In this document: one piece after another, positions 24,913 to 40,074 of the stretch
Layout of the letters: each line of letters begins with the position of its first letter
Numbering within the stretch: position 1 is the stretch's first letter
Source: Selaginella moellendorffii
Taxonomy: Eukaryota; Plantae; Lycopodiophyta
DNA: 64,000 bases
Assembly: GCF_000143415.4 (NCBI RefSeq)
Contig: NW_003314365.1
Location: 139,902 to 203,901 of the forward strand
Direction: 5' to 3'
Notes under the pieces: generated by a model
Told to the model about the DNA's origin: nothing
The model's database searches: none
What the model saw: only the letters and a program-made list of their open reading frames with translations
Made by a program: the position numbers and the translations under genes

Positions 24913-27084
24913 CAAGTGTAGGCGATGTTGGAGTTTCTCCGCGATATTGGAATTTCCTTGTTTCTCCCTCCCGCAGGCTCGAGAGACAAAAAAGACAGTG
25001 GTCGATCTAGCCCAGAAGGAAAGGATCCTGGAATGTGTCTCTCGCTTGGAACGATAATAGATTTGGAGGAGGAACTTGCGCCTCGCGTGACTCGCAATGC
25101 AAGCCTTGTTACGATCGCACAGAGTGCTGCAGACTGCCAAGGAAGAACACGAACGCTGAGCGGCACACTCTGCAAGCTGGAACGCGAGCTATTGAGCGGA
25201 GCAGAGACAGGACACGACCCTGGACATCGGTTTACCGATGCCCAAGAGTTTTGGCAACCTTCGAATGGCTGTGAGTCATGATCTCCAGCCCAGAGGACAG
25301 GTCCAACTAATCATCACCGCGTTACGATGCTCCGTCTTCTTCTGCCAAGAACTGGACAGACACTTGCATCGGGTGGAACCAGGGCATTGCCGTGTGAGCT
25401 CGAGACTGGCATCCCAGCCTGATCGGCGCCACATCCCAATCGCCGCCCCAAGCTCCAAATACTACAACGACAAGCCAAAGATGGTGACGGTGTTATTGTC
25501 TCAGCTCCAGGATTGCGAGGAGATCAGACAGCAGGGGTATGGCCTCCTCCAAAGGCCGTGGTTGATTTACCCTCCAGCAGTAGTCTTTCAACCAGGCCTG
25601 GAGCGGGGCCTTCTGCCAACTTAAGTCGAGGTTCCTGGTGTTTCTCACCATGTGTTTCTCACCTGGATCTCCGCCACATTGCCATGGCAAACAAAATGGG
25701 TGGACTCTTCGTCTCAATCTGACAAGCAGCTGATGCAAAGGCTACTTTTGAGAAACAAAGCGTAAGTATGCTGCAACAAGAACCAGCAACAGCCGTTTAA
25801 GGTATTGTCATGGAAGATGGCTTGCCTGAGCTCGAGTTTGATTTGATCCAGGCACCCTGGTCCCATCTATTCTTCACTTGGTTGTCAAAGCTTGGAGGTC
25901 CATAGGTTTCGATCCTTTCAAATCCTGCTCCAACTTTTGATGCCTTTTCTTGGCAATAATATATTGCTCTGAAACCGTGAAAGCTTACTCACCTGCAAAA
26001 AAAACTCCAGGGTTGCACCAGACATCCAATAAACCAGGGAAGCTCTTGAGGAAAATCCTAGATTCAACATAAACAAGTCACACCTCATGGAATTGGTGGT
26101 GATCTTGGTGCAACTAGCTAGTTAAGCTTGTCCTCAAACACATGGTTTTGGCATTTGTCTTTCACACTATTGTCCAATCTTGTGAAAGCCTTGACCAAGC
26201 TTAAACCTAATCAGCTGAGAACAAGCTGTCTCAAAAGTTTCCAAAGAGCAGAAGGCATAATACAAAGGTCACAAACTCGTCTCATCACAAGTTGCATTGT
26301 GGTCACTCCACGCCTTGGATGTTGATGAACTACAGGCCTCCATTTATCTTGGAAAATACATCTATGAGGAATGAAGCAATCTGGACAATAGTATAAGCAA
26401 AATGAGCACGAGAAGAACCATACATACCGTGGAAAAGCATGAGTTCTACACACACACATGGCACGGGCAATGTTCGATCAAATGCCCGAGTGCCACAACA
26501 TTGTCGCATGGACTGGTAGGCCTACACTCTCACTGGGAATTTCTTCCACGCTTTAATTTGATCCTCTACCAGGAGATGGTCTTGGAAGGAATGGCTCCCA
26601 ACTAGATCACATTCACTTCCGAAATCAGAAAAGTTCTTTGTCAGGATGTACCATCTAGTAGGACGAAACTGGCCTCAAGAATGCTAGAGCATAAGTTATA
26701 ACATGTAGCTACGTGGGGCTCCTCGCCAAATGATGAACCTATGCAGAGACTTGCCCGATCGTGGAGCACTAGTACACGCAAGGTGGATTGTTAACATTGA
26801 GGATGTCATTGTCGTGTGCTAAAGTGGCCTGAAGAACGCCACCGTGATTGGATTCCTTGTGTTTCCATCACTCTTTTAGCTAATAGAGCTTCTAATTACA
26901 ATCTTTTACAAGGAACCCACAGTACAAAGACTAAGCTCGGTTACAATCTTTTAAAATGAACCCAGGACTAAGCTCAATAATGAAGATTAGGCCATTGTTG
27001 GAATGTCCATTTTAAGGAGTTGAGCTTGAGCTAAATGCTTTTCAATTAAAACGTACAATAATATGCTTTGCCTCCTGTGGGAAC

Positions 27085-27770
27085 ATGCAGTCTATGTTAG
27101 GAGATCTCAGCAGGCATGGTGGATCAATGTTCCATCTGGAACGGATGAAATTTCTTGCTCAAGGTGCTCGTCTGACCACATTCCACAGCAATATTCTGAA
27201 GGAGATATTCGATGGGTTGTACAAAGAGATCAGGAAGATCCTGGTGCCGTTCATGTGGATGTTGTGCTGCCATTTGAATGGAAATTCGGGGGTTGGTAAA
27301 TCTGCATTCGTCTGGTACTTCCGGTCATGATCTACGAGTCCAGAGCGACTGTTTTGATGTTCAAGGGTAACAAAGCTCAGGGTGGTGAATAGAGAAGACT
27401 TCCCTCAGGAGATTGTGCTGGACAGCAAAGTAGATACCATCTCATCGATCTGTGAGTGGACTTGGGGCGGATGGTTGGAAATAAAACCCTTGTTGCTGCT
27501 TCATCACCAGACGAGTTCAATGTCAGAAAAGCCAAGCGGACAACGTTCACTCGCTATCTGCCTGCGTGGGAAAAGCACGAGTACGATGCTCTTGTGTCTT
27601 CTTGGAGGAAACGCGTGACAGACTACGAGAGTGGATCGGAAGAAGCCAAAGAGATAACGCAGAGAGTGAATGCTGCTGAAATGGCATTTGAATGGTTTGG
27701 AGGTATCCCCTGGTTTCTTTGGGATGTAGAAGCAAACGGTCTGACTGTGGAAGCTTTCGAAAGGGATTGA
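27085..27770 (+). pseudogene. Crinkler/RHS-type P-loop NTPase relic (copy 3)
   Basis: As above; Walker A is intact (GNSGVGKS). Confidence 0.6.
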
Positions 27771-28863
27771 AGCACCTGAGTATGGTTCTGACTCCTGATC
27801 TTGTCCTTCAAGCGTTTTGAGCGTTGGTGGTCCAGGAAACCAAGGTGCGCATCTTCATGCTCTCAAACATGCTCCTGGCGGCGCTCAAGTTGAAACTTGC
27901 GTGAGAGCTATCCAGCAGACAATGGTCTTGCGCAGGATCTCGTGAACGGCCTTGTCAAAATGCCCATTCTCGCAAATGCGAGGATCCACGGTACTGGATT
28001 CTTCTCCGGGATTTGACCGAAGGTGTTCTTCGTGAGGGCAACGACGCCTTGGATGGTCCTAATGATGGAAGTCGTTGTAATTCTTAGGATACTACTTTAT
28101 CCATCACGAATAGCATCAATACAGTAATCACTTCGAAGCTTTTAAAATAGGATCTACATATTTTGTCTTGGTAATGGGAGATTTCACTTCCTGAACATAG
28201 TCGCTTCTATATATCAGGTGAAGCAAGATCTAACGTCCACATCTTGATTGATTTCATTTGCTGTTAAATCCATCCATTTTTTGAATTTTTTTTGTGTGTG
28301 GCTATCCGGCACCAGGAATCGTCTAAAATCCATGGTGAGGCTCTTTGGGTATCGAGGTTTCTTCATTTGAATCCTTGGAATCTTTCGGTTTTCGGTTTTC
28401 GACATCCAAGCCGGCTCCCTTTCGTCCTTGGGCGGCTGGATGCCTTGGATGATCGCCGCATTTTGCCGCGTCTTGGCGTCCGGAAGGGATGTGTCAGGGA
28501 GCGAAGCAATTGCGTCAGAATAGATGCAGCTGAGCTCCTGGACCAGCTCGTCCCAAGTCCGGCACGACAGGCCCGTTGTGTAGTTGGGAGAGAGGGGATG
28601 GAAAACGTCGCCTTTGTCTGGGTGTAACCGGATGGAGAGCTCCGAGGGATTCAAGCCACCCAAACATCGAGAGATGGCAGCTTTCCGCTGCACAGCGCGA
28701 AACCGTAGCCGCACTAAAATCTAACGGTTTGGATGGTATATTCTAAGATATCCTTTAATCCAACGGCTGTGATGTATCGCTCTTAACCTTTTATTTGTTT
28801 GTAGTTACCACTAATATAAACTGCGTTTAAAAGTTCGGTTAATTTAATAATAAAATAATAAAA

Positions 28864-29001
28864 TAGTGTTCATGTTAGGGGGCGACCCTAACACCGTACT
28901 ATTCTTAATTGAAAGTCGAGGCGGATGGGAATCGAACCCAGCAACCCTTCACAATAGAACATTACAGCGTGCATGCTATAACCACAAAGCCATGAACACT
29001 G
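28864..29001 (-). mobile_element. tRNA-derived element, type 2 (copy 3)
   Basis: Near-identical to 9095-9232. Confidence 0.55.
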
Positions 29002-31066
29002 GGAGATAACAAAATATTATTTCAGCACCTCTTATTTGAAAAACAAGATTTGGAATCCATCTGATTGTCCACGTGGACGACATCCAGGGGCTGCGAGGCC
29101 AGAGGATCCACGCGCGGATCCTGGAGAGCAGCTACTGGCCGAGGAAAATCCACGAGGAAAATCGTCTCCAGCGGCCTCGAGGTTCCTTGCTAATCTGGTC
29201 ATAGAAAGTATGGAAAGTGCGGGCGCTGGAAATCTTCCAGAAGATGAAAGATCGAGGTTCTTTCTCGTGGAAGATTGCGATCGCGGCATTTGCCCTTGTT
29301 ACTCTTTTTCGAGCATCCAGTTATTTCTCTTGGCAGCTATCAATGCCGATCCGGGGGAGATCCACGCGCTAATCATCGCCGCGTTACGGTGCTCCGTTGG
29401 CGAGCATGCCATCGCCGAGATCTTCTTCTGCCAAGAACTGGACAGACACTTGCATCGGGTGGAACCAGGGCATTGCCGTGTGAGCTCGAGACTGGCATCC
29501 CAGCCTGATCGGCGCCACATCCCAATCGCCGCCCCAAGCTCCAAATACTACAACGACAAGCCAAAGATGGTGACGGTGTTATTGTCTCAGCTCCAGGATT
29601 GCGAGGAGATCAGACAGCAGGGGTATCGCCTTCTCCAAAGGCCGTGGTTGATTTACCCTCCAGCAGTAGTCTTTCAACCAGGCCTGGAGCGGGGCCTTCT
29701 GCCAACTTAAGTCGAGGTTCCTGGTGTTTCTCACCATGTGTTTCTCACCTGGATCTCCGCCACATCGCCATTGATAGCTGCAAGAATTCGATATCGACGA
29801 GCATTTGCCGAAAGAGCACCAGAACTTCTGGCATTTGCCTGCTGTGGGCAAATGCGTTCTAGAAGAAAACATTTCCATCTTCCATTTTGTGGAGGACACC
29901 CAAGGCATCCGCGGCGCGCCCGCACTTTCCATACATTTCCATGACGAAATTCGCGAGGAATCTATGACGATCAGAGCAGCGTCTCCTCCTCGTCGTCAAG
30001 AACAATGCGATGGAACCATTCGTTAACTACATGTAAGCTTCGTCAAAATAGCAAATGGCGCAAGGACAGCGATAGCAGAGGTGACGCTGCCACCATTGGG
30101 CGACCTGGATAACGATACGCTGCTCCGCACTTTCGCTCGCATTCCAACAAGGAAGTTCCTCACCCGAGCAGCGCTTGTCTGCTGCGCTTGGCTGGATGAT
30201 CCGGTCTGGCTCAAACCAAGACAAGCCTTCAAACAATACCTCGCAAAGCAAGCATCACAAGCATTGCTTTTGTGATTTAAAGCGGTACGTATATACTCTT
30301 GTCCAGATCGCTCAAGAACGCACAAGAGACTGTCTTGAGCTTCATTCCTCATCTTTGCCACCTTTCGATTTTCGCCAAGCGATGTGTCCGAGTGCAGTGC
30401 TTCGAGTAAGTGACTAGGCTAGTGGAGTCACGTTTTAAAGCTTCTCCTTGTCCCTTACCACGCTCGCAGTGGCTTAACGTACCCAGGAGCAGTTGAGGGA
30501 CTTCTTCGAACCTCGCAGATCCTTGTGTTGTATCATCGCCTTGCTTGCCATGCTTCTTCTCTTGTCAGCCATCAGCTATGCAGAGTCTAAACCTGCAAGC
30601 AGCTCTTGAGGAATTGTTTGCTCTCACCTGATGCTCGATCAAGGCTCTCACAACGTACTCTGGGACTAGACTACAGTGGATATCACTGATGCAACAAGCT
30701 TTAGGTTCTGAGTCTAAGTTAGTTGCACCAACTCAAAGATGTTCTGTTTTGTTTCATGGTTTTGAACATGGTTTTTCTATAGGAACAAGCATCAGACTGG
30801 AAGCTTTTGGGTGGTGTCTTGATGAATTAAGCTCCCCGAGGGTTTCATCTTGCGAAGAAGAGAGAAACAACTAACCCCAACCTTCAGCACTCTTGACATT
30901 TCCAGATGCCTTGCAACTCGAATCTCTTGGGCAGGACGCACGGGGGGTGCCTGGATCAAATCAAACTGATGGGAAACATTCGCGTGCCAGCTGAGCGCCA
31001 TGCCCAGAATTTCAAGAAACGATTCATGAAAGTAACAAACACGTTAACAAGCTATTAATGCATAAT

Positions 31067-31166
31067 TTGGACGGGAACCTGTTGACCGGATATCTGGCTA
31101 GAATAAAAACAATTATTGGCAAGGTCACAGGTTTGAACCCACAGCCAGAGACCCAATTAATTTTTT
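31067..31166 (+). ncRNA. Pol III-type element, type 1, terminal copy marking the array end
   Basis: Core with mutated B box (GGTTTGAACCC), then T6, then unique sequence. Confidence 0.5.
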
Positions 31167-31337
31167 CCCGGATAATACGCGATGCACCGCTGCTCTTGAA
31201 AGCCATGCCACTGAGAAATGCCAATTCAATTCCATGAACTCCCGCATCCATGAGTTGGCTTATGGAAGAATCGATAAACCACAGTATTGGTTTACTTGCT
31301 AATAAAAATCTTATTTACATAACTTATAGTGCTTAAT

Positions 31338-34096
<2,759 letters not shown>

Positions 34097-34360
34097 CGCG
34101 AAACCTCGGACGCTGCTAGAATTCGAGCTCGATCAGGGCGATCGATCGACCGATCAATCGAAAAAGTGTGTACCTAGCGATGAGAAAAAGGTGTAGACAC
34201 GAGGCGCTCCTTCGCGACCTAAATACAAGCATTGCTTGTTTTGCCCGTACGTGTCCACCATTGGACCACGCCATGGACGCTACGTGTTTAGTTCCCGCCA
34301 GCGAAACAGAGAATATCCACGACAAGAAAAGAAAAGGGATATTTGGGCGCATTCTAGGGC

Positions 34361-34777
34361 AGGCCCAGTCTGCCACGTCTCTTGTACAGTCAGCAAAAAT
34401 TCCACGGCTGTAGTGCTCTTGCGCGCGGTTTGAAATGCGTCCTCATCACATTCCTCTTCAATCTTTTGGATTGGAAATCCATCCATCAATCAGCCAATCG
34501 ATTTCTTTCTGCTGTGATAATCTACCTAGCAAAGGACTTATCGTCTAATCAAATTGATGGGCGAGATGTTTCTATCCCTGGTTGTCCGAGCTACCTCGAG
34601 GAAGCCTTCGTCTCCATTCTTCTGGATCTCCGGGTTCGCTCGTACTTGATCTCTCCACCGCTGCTACTTCCAGCATTGCTACCACTGCCGCTGCTGTGGA
34701 TGCCCGGTGGTCGTGGCGCCCGGTGGCGGCCGAGGTGGTGGAACCAAAGTTCAACTAAGGTGGCAACTCTGCTCGAT
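34361..34777. pseudogene. Duplicated relic of the P450 3' end plus the CHD remodeler 3' end
   Basis: 34361-34395 matches 41916-41950; ~34420-34777 matches ~42076-42663 with deletions. Confidence 0.85.
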
Positions 34778-35069
34778 GGGGAAATGATAGCGTTGTGGAG
34801 CTGGAGGACTATTGTGCTGCCGTGGCTCCAGGTGAGGCGACTGGATTGCTTCGCGCCTCATTCAATCTAGAGCTCTGGGATCGATCTATAGCATGAAAGA
34901 AAAGAGAGGAGGGATCGATTTTCTTGCACAGGAGCTGGAGAAATGGTTTTCTGATCGTGGGGTGGCAGTTTTTGATTATGAAATATTTTCATTCGATTTT
35001 GGAAGAAGCAAGGAAAAACTTTTTATAATCATCATGAAAATAACTAACTTGATGTTTGAAAACTCTACC

Positions 35070-35860
35070 GGTTTCCAGCCTTGACTTTGCCAAGAGCGAG
35101 CGGTGTAGTCACATCCTCACAGTTCATCCCGCGGTTAAGGAGAATGCTCATACAGGTCTCGCACAAGTCCTTGCCCTGCATGCTTTATAATTCAAGCTCT
35201 GCGTAAAAACGAAAACGTACCAGTTTCAGTCCCCCATACAGCATGCCCATCTCCTCTGGACCACTGGAGAAAAAAAAAGAAAAGAAAAAGACCGTGGGCA
35301 GCATGACAAATGCTTACTTCAAACTGCATGAAATAAAAGTTATATCAAACCAGAACAGGAATGAGTTTAGCACACTTGCCTGTGCGTCTCAATGGCTGGA
35401 GACTGGAGATACTTGTGGAAAACTTACGATCTCCTGACAACGGCACAACATGTTTAGACACAGCAAAGGAAGGCACACGTACAGACTTGCTCATGGGTGG
35501 GTGAATAGACAACGCAGCGGCTACGAACACCAGCGGTATACATGACATTCCACTTCATCAGTAGCACTGTTGAAAAAGCTCCACAACCAAAGCGCAGCAT
35601 CTCGGCCTGTAACCAGATAATTAAGCAGTGAGGAGTTTATTACTAGTTTAGGAAAAACAAACATAATGAGCCTCTAGTAGTACCTTGCAAAGCCATCCAT
35701 CAGCGCTTTCTCGTTTCGAGTATCCTATCAGGCAGCATGGCTCGCCTGAACAGGCCCTTGCGAACAAAACGGAATCTGGGGGCAATGGATCCCCGGGTAG
35801 TAGTGCGTAACGAGTCTCTCCGGGCGCCCGTCGAATGGTGGAAAGGCGAGAGCAGCCATG
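35070..35860 (-). pseudogene. Unidentified multi-exon gene relic
   Basis: Series of short GT/GC-AG-bounded segments (e.g. GKDLCETCMSILLNRGMNCEDV) with in-frame stops; family not recognised. Confidence 0.35.
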
Positions 35861-36189
35861 CCAAAGTCAAGCCACGCGTTGCTCGCCTCGCGGCTGCTCT
35901 TGATTAAGGGCGACTTGGCGTCGTGCCAGGAGAATCAACCAAGCAGGCAGGCGAAGGCCTGGAAGGGTGCTGGACGCATGCACCGTGTTGGCAAGGGCGC
36001 ATAGACTTGTTGATATCTTCGCTCATCTGGGAGCCTCAGCGGTAGAGGGTAGACACCGCCTCCTCGCTGGAAGAATTGATAAGCACCTGTAAAAGGGCAT
36101 AGGGAAAGATACAGAATCTGAAATTTCTCTCAGCTGGAAAACGATGTGATTAATGTAATAAGAAGAAAAAACAATGACTTCCAATACAT

Positions 36190-37830
36190 ACCTGGCCTGT
36201 CTTCCCATTCATTTCGACAGGAGGGAATGGGCTCCCACTCGCAAAAATGGCACGTCCCTGTGTGTATTTGAGCGCCTCTAACCTCCGAGAAAGAATTATT
36301 TGCTACAATTGAAAAATTATGAATCTCAAAAACCCACTCCAGCAATTCCAACACACAACTCATAAGTTATGGACTGTAAAAGAAATGTTCCTTGCTTCTT
36401 CTAGGTCAGCGATCTCCATTCTGAGAAGAATACAGGGACACTTTTACCTCTTTCGAGATGTGGAGAGCAATAATTTCTGCAATTCCCGATCCTGTCTACG
36501 ACAGGAAAAGAAAAGTCCATTGGCAAGAGGACAACAACACTTCTCCCGCACCAGCAAATAAGTCCGTTTTATTCCTGTAATATTCACAGCCGCAATCAGA
36601 CCCCCAAGAACCACAGCAGCAGTCCCTTGCATCAAGGAAAAGAACAGCTTTTCGTTTTGCCATGCTATCTCGTCAAAGTTTCACCTGAATGTTGAAAAAA
36701 GGTGCATTGTTGAATAATTTGCAAGGAACCTGAAAGCATTCTGATTAGGAAAATTTTCAAACTCACAACAGCCTTGTCAGTAAGTCAATTAGGCTTCTGA
36801 TCCTCGGTGACAAACAACAGCACATTAGTGTAACAAGCAAGAAAGATGACAATGAATCATACCTGCACAAGAACGCCTTCGCCATACTCCTGCTTCACAG
36901 CACTCGTAAACTCGTCAAGCAGGCTGTCATATTCCTAGCTTAAAACAATGTAATGGACAGTTCGCTTTCGTTTCAGACCGATGTAGAAACGATCATTCAG
37001 AAGGTCCTTGTTATTTGTTCCAACCTCTGAAACCATCGGGAGGCGTAACAAGTAAAAATTTTAGGCTGACAATCAACATTACCAAAGAAGTTTCCTTCAG
37101 GTTCGAATCGGGAAATTGGCTCTATATACTGCACTTGGTGATCTTCGTCACCCAAAGTTTGTGACGAAGAAAGAAACCTGGATTCCGAGCTCTCCTAAAC
37201 CTAGAATACGCTCCCCGTCAGTAACAACAATGTATAGCCAGTTTCGAAGAGCGTCCGCCCCTGTTCATTTCTCCAAAGTTTAACACAACATACTTCTCGT
37301 TTAACTGATACTGTATATAAGCCCGTATGTTTCGAACGCCTCACCTACAATCGGCGTATAGAAACAGCTATTCATTTTGTTCCTGCAAGTTGCTTATAAA
37401 AAATACGTGAACTTACAAGAGCAATGAATTACCTGTAGCTCCAGAAGAGTGACATACTTTCATAGTGGGATCCGGGTACGAACGTAAAACATATAGAACT
37501 CGCTTTCCTACAACCACCAACAAGCAGCATTTAATTCGTGTCAGGAGAAAAAGATGTGTCGAGAATTCTAGATCAAATTGACACCTGAAGTTCCTGAGAA
37601 AAATGGACAGGATGTCGCAAATGGTGATGATCTCTTTCACCTGGAGTGAAACCAAGCCACTTGTTGTACCTTAGGATCTCCACGCGGCTAAAGTAAAAGC
37701 AGATCATAAAAGGAATCAAAGCAAACCTTGGGACATTGCAAGCAAGGAGTAACGATGCGCTCCACAGTAGCTGCGCCCTCGTCATAGATGCACCGGCAAG
37801 TTGCGCTTGGATCCTTATGTCGTGCACGCT
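36190..37830 (-). pseudogene. NADP-malic enzyme pseudogene (tandem duplicate)
   Basis: Colinear exon/intron similarity to ~31830-34060 with many deletions; start region and last exons lost. Confidence 0.9.
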
Positions 37831-38118
37831 TTAGAATGTCAGCTAGAATGTGAGCTCGATCAGAGCGATCGATCAATCGATCGTTAGCTTGTAGACGCGA
37901 GGCGCTACCTAAATACAAGCGTTGTTTTGCTCATGCCATGGACGACGCCACGTGTTCAATTCCCGCCAGCGAAACAGAGAATATCCCCAACAAGGAAATA
38001 GCATATCCACCTTTCCACCAATGGATCCATCCGGCGTTCGATTCCCGCCAGTGCCAGCCACAGATATTTCGACGCTGCGCCGGTATTCTAGGGCAGGCGA
38101 GCTGCCGAGATCGATCCC

Positions 38119-39331
38119 ATGGCCGCCCTCATCACGGCAAGGAGATCTAGCCGCCTCCTAGGAATCCACGCTGGGCGCGCCCTATCGCAATCGGCGCTGG
38201 AGCTCGATTCTTCCTCCTACATTCCAGTGGTTCGCCGTGTGGTGGAGGAGCAGCACAAGGAAGACGCGGCAGCTGTGGTGAGCACTGCTCGGAGCTTGCA
38301 ATGGGTGTTCTTGGGCTGCCCTGGCGTTGGTAAGGGAACCTATGCCAGCCGCCTGGCAACCACATTAGCAGTGCCTCACATTGCTATGGGCGACTTGGTC
38401 AGGCAGGAGCTCAAGCAATCCACTCCTCTCGCTAGAGAGGTAAGTTGTGTAGCTTCCTTGGTCGGTGTTCTTGCATCTAGCGTATCAATTCTTGCTAGAT
38501 GTCTAGATTTTGCAAGAATTTCCTGCCATGTGCTGCTAAAAATTCCATTTTTTTTTTCTGGTGGCATACAGTGCTCGTGGATTTAGAGACTAGCTGAGCT
38601 GAGCAAAAAAAGTTTCATATTGTGGCAGATGTCCGCGTTGATGGCCCAAGGGAAGTTGCTGCCGGACGAGATTATTCTTGCCATGTTAAAGAACCGGTTT
38701 GAGCAAGGGGCTTTGAGCAACGAGGCGGGATTTATTTTGGATGGATTTCCTCGTACCACAATCCAAGCGGTCGGTATTTTGGTTTCTTTCTTTCTATTGT
38801 TCTACCTAGTTCTTTGTTTCATTCTCATGGGATTACTTTTGCTTTCTTTGCAGAAAGCTTTAGACGACATTGTCGAAATCGATTTGGTGGTAAACTTGAA
38901 GCTCCGAGAGGATGTTCTCGTGCTCAAGTGCTTGGGGAGGAGAATTTGCAGCCACTGCGGTGGCACTTACAACGTCGCCAAGATCGACGTTGAGCAGTCG
39001 GAGGACTCTCCCAGAGTGTTTATGCCACCTTTGTTGCCACCTCCGGCGTGCGCCGCAACTCTCACGGTCAGAACAGACGATACTGAAGAAGTAGTGCGAG
39101 AGCGATTGCGTATATATGCGGCAGAGGTATGGAAAAAACGCTTTTTTTCTTCTCTATTTCTCCTTTGGACTCATCAAAGTTTTGATCTTTGGCTTGCAGT
39201 CCAAACCAGTAGAAGATTACTATCGCGAGCGAAACAAACTCCAGGACTTTGATGTGTGTGGAGGAATTCCCGAGACCTGGCCCAGGCTCTTGGCTGCGCT
39301 AAACGTAGAAAACAAGGGAATGGTACCATAG
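38119..39331 (+). CDS. ADK: Adenylate kinase with N-terminal organellar-type extension (exons 38119-38439, 38629-38769, 38854-39126, 39200-39331; 288 aa)
   Basis: WVFLGCPGVGKGTYASRL, GFILDGFPRT, LGRRICSHCG, RTDDTEEVVRERL; all introns GT-AG and in phase. Confidence 0.95.
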
Positions 39332-40074
39332 CCGCAGCAAGGTTCGCGATTCCACCATCTCCGGATGACAAAAACAGATTTTTGCAGTGGATTCCACAGG
39401 TAAGTTCTCAAGAACATACTCACGCAGGCTTGAATTGAGAGACAGACGATGAGACATGAGATTATTTTATTTGTTTAGCCTCTTCTCTTTGCAGGGAGGT
39501 AGAAATAATTTATCCGGGCAAACAGCCAGCAGCTACGGCATCCCAGCTAGAAAAAAAAGGAAAAAAAGGTGCTGGGATCCCGAATAAAAATTTCGTATGT
39601 TCAACCGAAGCCGAAAGAGTCGTCCTTCATAAAAGTTTCTGCGCAGCAGCGGTGTCAAACGGATCGAACATAAAGTACGAATAATCTGATTAATTGCGCA
39701 CCTTGAGTCGGTGCACCTAAAAGGAAGGAAACTAAGAAAACCATTAGAACTTGGAAAAACACAAGAGAACAAAAGAGAAATTTTTTCTCGCATTCGTGCG
39801 TAGTGTCACTTAAACCCCGTTGAAAAAACCCTGACTGGCTCTTGGAGGCCGCAACAAATAGCCGCAACAATAGCCGCTGCGTTACTGTAAATCAAGTCAG
39901 AGGCTTCCATCGAGGAAATCGTGTCGTGTGTGTCTACGGCCGTCCTGGATGATGAAGTGTCGCGAGTGTGAGTGAAAGTCCTGGAAGAACAATCTGTAGA
40001 GCAAAAGAGTGAGAGATAGATATAACTTACGAGCGAAATCCTGTGAGAGTGCCACGGTCAATCGATCTCTCGCC

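Larger units (their letters stand above)
1390..31166. repeat. Tandem segmental array, ~3 copies of a 7.4-10.9 kb mosaic unit
   Basis: The anchor TGCATAATTTGGACGGGAACC recurs at 2090, 13026, 23676 and 31059. Near-identical ORFs recur at matching offsets (e.g. 7195/18323/27456, 12037/22673/30081). Confidence 0.97.

Noticed and set aside
2098-31166. Type-1 element copies as CRISPR-like repeats or true tRNA genes
   Set aside because: Spacing is kilobases, orientations are mixed, there are no cas genes and the host is eukaryotic. T-stem and acceptor stem do not pair, so there is no cloverleaf.
39697-39713. GCACCTTGAGTCGGTGC resembles the 3' hairpin of the Cas9 tracrRNA scaffold
   Set aside because: Short imperfect match with no other scaffold sequence; consistent with chance
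39530-39990. Small spliced gene between ADK and the P450
   Set aside because: Splice-like signals exist but no coherent ORF or known motif could be assembled
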